DNA of 64,000 bases, from NCBI GenBank assembly GCA_965372795.1, contig CBDVDR010000002.1, positions 128,001-192,000 of the forward strand, in the 5' to 3' direction. Position numbers and translations under genes: made by a program. The notes beneath the pieces were generated by a model, which was not told where the DNA came from, made no database searches, and saw only the letters and a program-made list of their open reading frames with translations. Origin of the DNA: an uncultured bacterium (GTDB lineage Bacteria > Zixibacteria > MSB-5A5 > GN15 > FEB-12). Shown piece after piece: positions 1 through 8,327 of this stretch; positions within the stretch are counted from its first letter, which is position 1, and each line of letters opens with the position of its first letter.

Positions 1-663
1 GGATTTCCGCTTGAATCGATTGGTGGAGTTTTAGGAATAGGTATGTATGCATTGACTTCGGGAAGCATGATTGAACGTACCTGGGGTTCCGGAACCTATG
101 CGGGTACCGGAAGAACATTTGCCTGGAATGATTTTTCATTGTCTGTTAGTTATGGCCGTTATTTGACTGACCGTTTCTCGATTGGTTTTACAATGAAATA
201 TATTGGTGAATATGTTCATGATTATACAGCCAGTGGCTGGGCCGCTGATGTTGGCACAATGTACGATACCGGTTATCGCGGTTTTAGAATCGGAATGATA
301 ATTGCCAATTTCGGACCTGATATGACGTTTATTGATAATGGTTATCCTCTTCCTATTAACTTTAGATTTGGCGCTTCTATTAACGTGATTGAGGGATATG
401 ATCATATCCTGACCTTCTCAGCCGAAGGCGCCCATCCTTCTGATAACCTTGAAAAATATAATAGCGGTTTGGAATATTCGTTTAAGGATATGGTTGTTCT
501 CCGTTTTGGCGGACGATTCAATTATGATGTTGATGGATTTACTGCCGGTGCCGGACTGAGATTGCCTTTTGGTGAGGATCGGGAAATGAGCATTGATTAT
601 GCTTTTCAGGAATTTGGAATCCTAACCGAAGTGCATCGCTTTACTTTTTCAATGGCATTTTAA
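1..663 (+). CDS. PorV/PorQ-like (UPF0164) outer-membrane beta-barrel protein, 5' truncated by window edge
   Basis: Frame open from base 1 (GFPLESIGGVLGIGMY...); family-type motifs D.GT.YDTG, LP..FRFG, G.EY, IDYAF; C-terminal Phe. Confidence 0.75.
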   Translation, partial: GFPLESIGGVLGIGMYALTSGSMIERTWGSGTYAGTGRTFAWNDFSLSVSYGRYLTDRFSIGFTMKYIGEYVHDYTASGWAADVGTMYDTGYRGFRIGMIIANFGPDMTFIDNGYPLPINFRFGASINVIEGYDHILTFSAEGAHPSDNLEKYNSGLEYSFKDMVVLRFGGRFNYDVDGFTAGAGLRLPFGEDREMSIDYAFQEFGILTEVHRFTFSMAF

Positions 664-682
664 ATAGAAAGACGGAGATGTA

Positions 683-2854
683 ATGAATCAAAAGATTAGA
701 AATTTATTTGGATATTTTATCCTTACTATTGTAGCAGTTCTCTCAGTCTTTTCTGTTTTATTTCTCAGCGGGTGTGATAAAACCCTCGATGGAGATTTGA
801 GAGCCAACAGTCTTCCGCTGGTAGAATTTGTGAATATTCCGCCGGGACCGGTTGTTGTGACTGATACTTTATATCCTGGAACCGATTCTTCGGATGTTGT
901 GGTTGATACTACTTATACCCGATTTTCAAGAAATCCTTATATTTATTGGTATGGCACCGATGTTGACGGACAGATTGAATATTATCGTTATACGGTTGTA
1001 ACCGAAATTGAACTTGCCGGATCAACACCCGAAGAACATATGACAGTTATAGCGGCTGATTCTTCCGGTTGGATATACCTTGATGTTGTCCCGACTAAAG
1101 CAGATCCGCATACGACCGAGATTATTAAACTTCGTGCTTTGACTGAAGATCCGATTAATACATATCTGGTTCAGTATGTGTTCCTGCAGGCTTTTGATGA
1201 TAATAGTGAAGGCTCGGATATAGTTTATCGTGCATTTTCACGAAACGACAGTCCGCCGGTAACATCGATAGCCTATTTTGATCCGAATAAGAGTTTTATT
1301 AATTCAAAGACAGCAGGAATTATTACCGGTGTCTCAATGAGATGGGGAGCGGTGGATCCGGATTATCCGGGTGGTTTGAATGCTCCACCATTTGATTTTG
1401 AATGGCGTATGTACGGACCATATATTGATTATGATGCTGATAATGATGACTCGGTCTTTGTTCGCTTTTTAGAAAAATATGAAATTGATGCCTTCTTTGG
1501 CAGCAATGGAAAATTATATGTGCCGGGTGATACTTTAATAGAGTGTGATGTGAATTCGGGTTTCTGTGATACCTTTGTTATCGGTGAGGATGACATGTCT
1601 TCAGCTGATGGTAATAAAACCAGGATTCTGGATGTTGATCAGATTGAGCTTGATAACGATACTACAATGAATAAGTTAGCCTATAGTTCAAATGGCTGGA
1701 CTAATGATAGTAATATAGTTCTTTATGATGTTTATAAAAATCATCAGCCTCCAGATGGCGGCGATACCACAGTTGAGATGAACTTTGCCTTTTGGGTGAA
1801 GAGTCGTGATGATGCTCTGGTAGAAGATTTAGTGCCATCATATAGAACTTTCCGGGTAATTGACCCTCGTTTTGAACGACCGGTTATGGTTGTTGATTTT
1901 AATCAATTCTTCGGTACAGTCAACACTCCAAAGTCTGGTGCTGGAGATAGTGCTTTCTATCTGGCTCGTAATTTTTGGAAATCAGTAGTTAATCATTGGG
2001 GTGAAAAGGAATTTGCTAACTGGACCGATACAACATTCAATACTAATCTAAATGAAAAAAGGTCGATGGCACCAGATTATATGTTTGCAGCAAAGTTTAG
2101 CTCTGGTATTCCAGTCGTTGAGTTATTGAAACATAAGATTGTTATCATTTATAATGATGGTGTTAAACCCCCGGATAATAGAGAATTACAATATTCGTTT
2201 ATTTATGATGCAATTGATGCCGGAGTAAATGTCTGGTTAATTATGCGAACTCCATTAAATGGCGGTTTGGGTAGTGAGCCGATCTTTGGTGAAAGCCGCG
2301 TACAATGGATTTCAAATAATTATAAGAAGTTCTTTGCGGTCACATCATTCAACTATTCTGCCTGGCAGTTCCAATCATATTATGATAGTGTAAGGGTAGA
2401 AGATTTTGTAATGGCAAAAAGTGGCGCTGATCTTGGCGGATGGCCTAATATCCCAATTGATACAGCCTTGCTTCATGCAAATTATATTTGGAATGCTGAC
2501 TTAGGCTGCGGTTGGGATGGCTCTGTGGCAGCTTTGCCGGAAGTGAACTGGACCTCTTTCTCACAGAGATATACCAGCGACGGGGTATTGATTACCGCCG
2601 AGCCGATTTATCTTTACGGTTCAAAGTATGGCCAGGGTGGGCACCCTCTGGGTGGTCCGTTAGCTAACTATGATGGTTCACCGGTGGCTCATCTGGTAAC
2701 AGGTGAATATTTTAAGACAGCTTATTTCAGTTTCACACCGCTTGCATTGCAGCCGGATTCATTTATGATCGCTGCTGACAGAGTGTTAAACTTCCTTTAT
2801 GAACCAGATCCAGTGGAACCGGCCTCCAAGAATACATTCTCAGGAAGTCGGTGA
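683..2854 (+). CDS. Large exported lipoprotein of unknown function
   Basis: 723 aa ORF, lipobox LSGC after a hydrophobic signal, GGAG RBS, acidic beta-rich body with many D-S/T motifs. Confidence 0.75.
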   Translation: MNQKIRNLFGYFILTIVAVLSVFSVLFLSGCDKTLDGDLRANSLPLVEFVNIPPGPVVVTDTLYPGTDSSDVVVDTTYTRFSRNPYIYWYGTDVDGQIEYYRYTVVTEIELAGSTPEEHMTVIAADSSGWIYLDVVPTKADPHTTEIIKLRALTEDPINTYLVQYVFLQAFDDNSEGSDIVYRAFSRNDSPPVTSIAYFDPNKSFINSKTAGIITGVSMRWGAVDPDYPGGLNAPPFDFEWRMYGPYIDYDADNDDSVFVRFLEKYEIDAFFGSNGKLYVPGDTLIECDVNSGFCDTFVIGEDDMSSADGNKTRILDVDQIELDNDTTMNKLAYSSNGWTNDSNIVLYDVYKNHQPPDGGDTTVEMNFAFWVKSRDDALVEDLVPSYRTFRVIDPRFERPVMVVDFNQFFGTVNTPKSGAGDSAFYLARNFWKSVVNHWGEKEFANWTDTTFNTNLNEKRSMAPDYMFAAKFSSGIPVVELLKHKIVIIYNDGVKPPDNRELQYSFIYDAIDAGVNVWLIMRTPLNGGLGSEPIFGESRVQWISNNYKKFFAVTSFNYSAWQFQSYYDSVRVEDFVMAKSGADLGGWPNIPIDTALLHANYIWNADLGCGWDGSVAALPEVNWTSFSQRYTSDGVLITAEPIYLYGSKYGQGGHPLGGPLANYDGSPVAHLVTGEYFKTAYFSFTPLALQPDSFMIAADRVLNFLYEPDPVEPASKNTFSGSR

Positions 2855-2888
2855 TTTTAGAAGTATTAAATTACTTCTTATAGAATTT

Positions 2889-2917
2889 AAAGACCGGGTA
2901 TTTGCCCGGTCTTTTTT
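2889..2917. terminator. Bidirectional intrinsic terminator
   Basis: AAAGACCGGG-N6-CCCGGTCTTTTTTT between convergent genes. Confidence 0.8.
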
Positions 2918-5070
2918 TATTGGAAATTTTTCAGGTATTGATTGCCGGGGAATTTTTGGTTAGCCAGTTCAAGGATGGAAGCCGCTTTATCGTTTTGTCC
3001 GGTTGAAATATAACCGCTGATCAGATTAACATAAGCCTCGACAAAAGATGAATCCAATTCGATGGCTTTGGCGGAATTATTTATTGATAGGTCGAATTTT
3101 TGTTTTATACCCTGTACAAATCCAAGCTGGTAGAAAGCTTCCGATCTTTTCTTTTGAAAATTAGCGGGACTGTTTCGGAAATATCTTTCAAAAGCTTCAC
3201 CATCGGTTTCAAAGGGCGGGGGAACAGCCATCGTGGCGCGATATAGAATTTCTTCGGAGAGTTCATATTTGGAGTTTTCAAAAAGTAATTTACCGGCATC
3301 GGTTAGAAAATATAGATCGTTGTTACTGTTTGTTATGGTGGTGTCGAGATAAGCTTGAATCAGGGAGGTATTTGATGTGTCCCGGGCTATAATTGATCGG
3401 AGCAGAAGAGTATTGGATTTAAGATCGTAAGGGTAGAGGTTTATTGATTGTTGAGCAAAGAAAATGGCAGAATCATAATTGTCATTGAGATAGCTTAAGG
3501 AAGCTAAATTTATATAGGCTTTGTGCCGTTGGGGGTTGTGTTTGATCTCTTCGTTATAATAGAAGGTGGCAGAGTCAGCCATGGCGTTGATAAAGAAACA
3601 GCTGCCGATGTTAAGATTTATTTCGGGATAAGTCGAATCATAATTTCTGGCGCGGTGGAAGTAATTTAAGGCGGTGTCATAATCGCCCAGATTAAAATAG
3701 TGCAGTCCGGTGCTCATCTCGTGGGAGGTCGGCGGTTTGGCTTCGGGCTGAACAATTGGGAAAAAAGAAAACAAGCCGGCTGTTAATCCAAGTGAAGTGA
3801 TAAATAGTTTACGTTTTGGATTATTTTTCCATGATTCCAAAAGATAGAATATTCCGGACGAGGCAAAGATTATATAAAAAGGCATGAGCGGTAATCGGAA
3901 TCGGCTGGTGAAGAAAAAGAGTGAAGTTGCCAGTAGATAGATAACGATTGATAACAGGATAATTTGAGTGTATTTGTTTTTTCTGATTGAATGGACAATA
4001 CCGATAGTTGCCAGAGCAAAGATTAAGGCAAAATTAAAGAAGTTGTATTTGAGAAGTGGGATTTTATTAACGAAGGTTGCCAGGCTGCGGTTATTTGCAA
4101 TTTCGAGGTTCGAGAAGTTATAATATAATTTTGTAAGATATAATTTAAAAAACGATCCGGGGTTTTCATAAATCCAATCAATAGCTTTGGTTGTCCAATA
4201 AGAGGAAATTTCTCCGGGGGAGAGTTTTTCGCCAAGTTCCTTTTCAGCGATTAACGAGATCTGGGAGACTCGCCAGTTGGTCCCAAGCGGTTCCTCAAGG
4301 CGGGCGCTGACACCATCGGCAAGCTCGTTGTTTCCAATATAGAGGTTGATACCTCCCTGGGATGAGACAATGACAGGGTCACCGGCAATGGTTAGGTTGC
4401 GGATAAAGATAGAGCCGACGATAATCAGAATCCCAATGAAAAAGGGAAGGATATATTTAAAGCTTTTATTGAAAATTTTATTGCGGTAAAAATAAATCAG
4501 TACAATCGGGATAAATATTAATGCGGTCGGTCGGGTAATTATTGCCAGTCCCAGAAAAATGCCGCATGAAAAACCATGCGATGGATTCTTTTGTTCATTC
4601 CATAGAATAAAACAATAACAGGTGATTTGCAGGAGAAGCATGAAAAGAGGGTCCAGTAAAAGCTCACCTTCAAAATAAAGAACCATCGGAAGAATCATCT
4701 GGAGGGCAGCGGCTAAAATTGCGGTCTTATTGGAAAACATTTTATTGGCAATTAAATAAGTATAGACAATCGAAAGAGCGCCAATGGTGATTCCAAAAAT
4801 TCGTGCGGTCCAAAGCGAGACTGAGAATAGTTTATACATTAATGCCAGGCAATAGATATAAAACGGAGCGCGGAAATAAGTTGTGTCTCCAAAGATATTT
4901 CCCGACATGATCGAAACCGCCCAGTTGTGGTGATAGAAGTTATCTACGGTTAATTGCTCCCAGTCGGGCAGTTGACTATAAAGATAGAGGTATAAGGCTC
5001 TTATTAATATTGCAATTAAGAAGATTATAATTAAAACATAACGCTGTTTAATATTTTGTAATATGGCCAT
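2917..5070 (-). CDS. GT-C fold glycosyltransferase (ArnT/PMT_2, GT39/83-like) with C-terminal TPR repeats
   Basis: Multi-TM N-terminal half with D..Y...A, RAPFY.Y.LA, RP, GG.NLYIGNN and RFRLP motifs; TPR-like helical repeats in the C-terminal ~270 aa. Confidence 0.8.
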   Translation of the reverse strand: MAILQNIKQRYVLIIIFLIAILIRALYLYLYSQLPDWEQLTVDNFYHHNWAVSIMSGNIFGDTTYFRAPFYIYCLALMYKLFSVSLWTARIFGITIGALSIVYTYLIANKMFSNKTAILAAALQMILPMVLYFEGELLLDPLFMLLLQITCYCFILWNEQKNPSHGFSCGIFLGLAIITRPTALIFIPIVLIYFYRNKIFNKSFKYILPFFIGILIIVGSIFIRNLTIAGDPVIVSSQGGINLYIGNNELADGVSARLEEPLGTNWRVSQISLIAEKELGEKLSPGEISSYWTTKAIDWIYENPGSFFKLYLTKLYYNFSNLEIANNRSLATFVNKIPLLKYNFFNFALIFALATIGIVHSIRKNKYTQIILLSIVIYLLATSLFFFTSRFRLPLMPFYIIFASSGIFYLLESWKNNPKRKLFITSLGLTAGLFSFFPIVQPEAKPPTSHEMSTGLHYFNLGDYDTALNYFHRARNYDSTYPEINLNIGSCFFINAMADSATFYYNEEIKHNPQRHKAYINLASLSYLNDNYDSAIFFAQQSINLYPYDLKSNTLLLRSIIARDTSNTSLIQAYLDTTITNSNNDLYFLTDAGKLLFENSKYELSEEILYRATMAVPPPFETDGEAFERYFRNSPANFQKKRSEAFYQLGFVQGIKQKFDLSINNSAKAIELDSSFVEAYVNLISGYISTGQNDKAASILELANQKFPGNQYLKNFQ

Positions 5071-5294
5071 GGTTATATATCTGTAAATTAAATTCTGCTG
5101 TTAATAATGCAAATCAAATCATCTAAATCAAATAAAGAATTACTGAAAATTGCATATTAATGCTGCATCCGGTTGCAATAAGTCCAAATTATCACGGTTG
5201 GAGTTATTTTCTAAGTTGTGCCGGGACAGCAGGATACCGATTGACGGTCAGGTTTAGTGCAATCTGTTTCATTTTGAAATAAGAAATCCGGAGC

Positions 5295-5310
5295 CGGCAT
5301 AGCCTTTGCT
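5295..5310 (+). promoter_or_regulatory. Putative sigma54 (-24/-12) promoter for the protease operon
   Basis: CGGCATAGCCTTTGCT = GG-N10-GC with TTGCT, about 35 nt before the S8 ATG. Confidence 0.6.
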
Positions 5311-5343
5311 CAAATAGGATTGCGGACAATTTCAAAAGGATAA

Positions 5344-8277
5344 ATGATGAAACAACTTAATATCTCTTATTTGATAAAATCAATAATATTTGTTTTTGCC
5401 TTTTTGGTAGTTACCAATATAGGTATTGCCGAGGGGTTATCGCCCAATTTAGAAAAATTAGTTAATCAATATAATGAATCCGGTCGGGATTCTTTAATTG
5501 AGGTTGTTCTGTTTTTTGAAGATGATTATCGGATTCAAAAATTAGAAGAGATTTCATCCAATAAATTATTTTCCCGTTCCGATAGAATTGAAGCCGTCTT
5601 AGATGAACTTCAAACCAATCCGGTCTCGAAAATTTCACGAAATATCAAATCACTTAGCGCCAAGCCGGTTAAAGAGTATTGGATTGTGCCAGCCATGTCA
5701 ATGCAGATCAATCTTAGTCAGGTTGATTCGATTATGTCAATTGAAGAAGTTAATTCAATAGTTGAAAATGTTTATCTTGATTATATCGCTCCGGTTGAGA
5801 TGGAAGAAGTCAAGTCGGCGGCATCGCTGACGGCTTCGGTTACTGATCAATTGAAGCTTTTGAAGGTTCCGAGTTTATGGGCAAAGGGTGTTACCGGTAA
5901 AGGCAGTTTGATTTGTTCTTTTGATACCGGAGTTGAGGGAACCCACGAAGCCTTGCAATCAAAATGGCGCGGGAATAAGGCGACTTTGTCGGCGAGCTGG
6001 TTTTCAAAAGATACTCCTGATTCATTGCCCTCTGATAATATCGGTCATGGCACTCACACGATGGGAATTATGGTCGGTTCGACACCGACTGATAGTTTTG
6101 GCGTAGCACCGGGAGCCGAATGGATATCAGCCGGGGTTGTAGATCAGGGCAGAACCATGACGATGACGCTGGCTGATATTCTTGAAGCTTTCCAATGGGC
6201 TTTAAATCCGGATGGCAATACGAATACATTTGAAGATGTTCCTGATGTTATTTTAAATAGCTGGGGTGTGCCGAAAGGTTTGTTTGCGCCTTGTGATGAT
6301 AAGTTTAACGGTGTAATTGCCGCTTGTGAGGCAGCCGGAATCGTAACAATTTTTGCCGCCGGCAATGAAGGTCCTGACCCGATGAGTATGCGCTATCCGG
6401 CAGATTTAGCTATCAGCCCGCTAAATACATTTTCTGTCGGGGCGGTTGATAATTTTAAAGTCGTGGCAAATTTTTCAAGCCGGGGTCCTTCATCATGTGA
6501 CGAACGGTCGGTGAAACCTGAGGTGGTAGCTCCGGGGATGACTATCAGATCATCTTATAAAGGGGGCGGATATTTTATTATGAGCGGTTCTTCGATGGCG
6601 GCTCCTTATGTTGCCGGTATTGTTGCGCTGCTGCGTCAGTCTTATCCCAATGCTTCGGTTGAAGAGATCAAAAATGCTATTTTATATTCGGCGGAAGACC
6701 TGGGAGCAACCGGAGAAGATAATAATTACGGGTATGGTTTAGTTGATGCTGAAAAAGCGTTAGAGCTTCTTTCGGATCCTGATGAGTCAAACTTTGTGCT
6801 TTCATCCTTTAGTATTTTAAATAACGGTATCGCTCTTCCGGGTGAAACCTTTCAATTGCAACTTTCATTGCATAATCCAGCCGGAAATGTGGAACAGGTT
6901 TTTGGACATATCGCTACGGCTGAAACAAACGAGATTGAAATTTTGAATAATGATGTCGCTTTCTTTTTTGGAATTGGCGGAACGAACGCTTTGAGCAGTT
7001 CGGTATACAATATCAGCATCAGTGAAAATTTATATCACGGTCAGCAAGTTCAATTTGAATTGACGGTCAATAACCAGTTTGGTGAAATTATGAATACTCT
7101 TGGTTTTGAGATGACGGTCGGATTTATGCCTAAAGGTAAAAAGGGCGACCATGTAAATAAGGAAATTACGCTTACCGTTTCAGATTTTGGACAGTATGGT
7201 TTAGCCGCCGGATCAATTTATAATGCCAAGGGTGAAGGTTTAAAATATAACGGCAGTCAGAATCTTTTGTATGAAAGCGGAATTATTGTCGGTCGGGGGA
7301 TTGCTCAGATATCAAGTTCGGTTCGTGACAGCAACGCTTTGTTTGTACCCTCTGATTTTAAACCGGTGCGGGAATTAACTGATGGTAATTACGGAGTTGA
7401 CGGCGGGTTTCATCGGACAGCATCGTTTACCGATAACGGAAGTCCCCGTTCAGTGCCGATTATTATCAATCAGGAGACGATTCATTTTAACAATGGTTAT
7501 GATGACGGAATAGTAATTTTTAAATATTTTCTTAGGAATAGTCTGCTGGAAACATTGCATGATGTTTCGTTTGGATTCTTTGCCGATTTTGATCTACCCG
7601 GATTAGGGGAGAAGCTTGAGTTTAATAAAGATTTGAATCTGATTTATCAGAAGAACGCAAATGGGACAATCGTTGGTTTGGTCGGTTTAAATAATGTTAA
7701 AAACTTTACCGCTATTGAAAATTCTGATCCGACAATGGGTAAAACAGGCTTTACGGTATCAGAAAAATTAGATTTAATTATGAAGCAGGGTGTTGATGTT
7801 AATTCGAGCATAGTCGGGGATATGATGTTTTTGGCTTCGACCGAACCGTTTACTTTGAGTATGAATGATTCGATAGAAGTAACTTACGGGCTTCTAACGG
7901 GATCTTCGGTGAGTGAAATATTACAAAAAGCTTCGATTGCAATTTTGAAGTTTGGTCTTTTAACCGATGTTAATGAGAATATTCAGGAAGTTCTGCCATT
8001 TGACTTTGAACTGAACCAGAATTATCCCAATCCATTTAATCCGACAACGAGCATATCTTTTACAATTGCAAAATCAAGTGAAGTTGAACTGACCGTATTT
8101 AATATGCTTGGTCAGGAAGTGAAAAGCCTTCACACCGGATACCTTCAAAACGGCAATCATTCGATTGAATGGGATGGCACAAATAACGCCGGGATGGCTG
8201 TTTCATCGGGTGTTTATTTCTATCGTTTGTCGATGGCGGCCGGTTCTGAGACTAAAAAGATGGTTTTATTAAAGTAA
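5344..8277 (+). CDS. Subtilisin-like S8 serine peptidase with C-terminal FlgD-Ig/T9SS-type sorting domain
   Basis: Triad motifs FDTG, HGTHTMG, SGSSMAAP; oxyanion AAGN; C-terminal LNQNYPNPFNP...WDG...SGVYFY...KKMVLLK. Confidence 0.92.
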   Translation: MMKQLNISYLIKSIIFVFAFLVVTNIGIAEGLSPNLEKLVNQYNESGRDSLIEVVLFFEDDYRIQKLEEISSNKLFSRSDRIEAVLDELQTNPVSKISRNIKSLSAKPVKEYWIVPAMSMQINLSQVDSIMSIEEVNSIVENVYLDYIAPVEMEEVKSAASLTASVTDQLKLLKVPSLWAKGVTGKGSLICSFDTGVEGTHEALQSKWRGNKATLSASWFSKDTPDSLPSDNIGHGTHTMGIMVGSTPTDSFGVAPGAEWISAGVVDQGRTMTMTLADILEAFQWALNPDGNTNTFEDVPDVILNSWGVPKGLFAPCDDKFNGVIAACEAAGIVTIFAAGNEGPDPMSMRYPADLAISPLNTFSVGAVDNFKVVANFSSRGPSSCDERSVKPEVVAPGMTIRSSYKGGGYFIMSGSSMAAPYVAGIVALLRQSYPNASVEEIKNAILYSAEDLGATGEDNNYGYGLVDAEKALELLSDPDESNFVLSSFSILNNGIALPGETFQLQLSLHNPAGNVEQVFGHIATAETNEIEILNNDVAFFFGIGGTNALSSSVYNISISENLYHGQQVQFELTVNNQFGEIMNTLGFEMTVGFMPKGKKGDHVNKEITLTVSDFGQYGLAAGSIYNAKGEGLKYNGSQNLLYESGIIVGRGIAQISSSVRDSNALFVPSDFKPVRELTDGNYGVDGGFHRTASFTDNGSPRSVPIIINQETIHFNNGYDDGIVIFKYFLRNSLLETLHDVSFGFFADFDLPGLGEKLEFNKDLNLIYQKNANGTIVGLVGLNNVKNFTAIENSDPTMGKTGFTVSEKLDLIMKQGVDVNSSIVGDMMFLASTEPFTLSMNDSIEVTYGLLTGSSVSEILQKASIAILKFGLLTDVNENIQEVLPFDFELNQNYPNPFNPTTSISFTIAKSSEVELTVFNMLGQEVKSLHTGYLQNGNHSIEWDGTNNAGMAVSSGVYFYRLSMAAGSETKKMVLLK

Positions 8278-8327
8278 ATCTTTCATTTGGAACTTAAAGG
8301 AAAGTCATTTAGTTTAATATATAGAAG

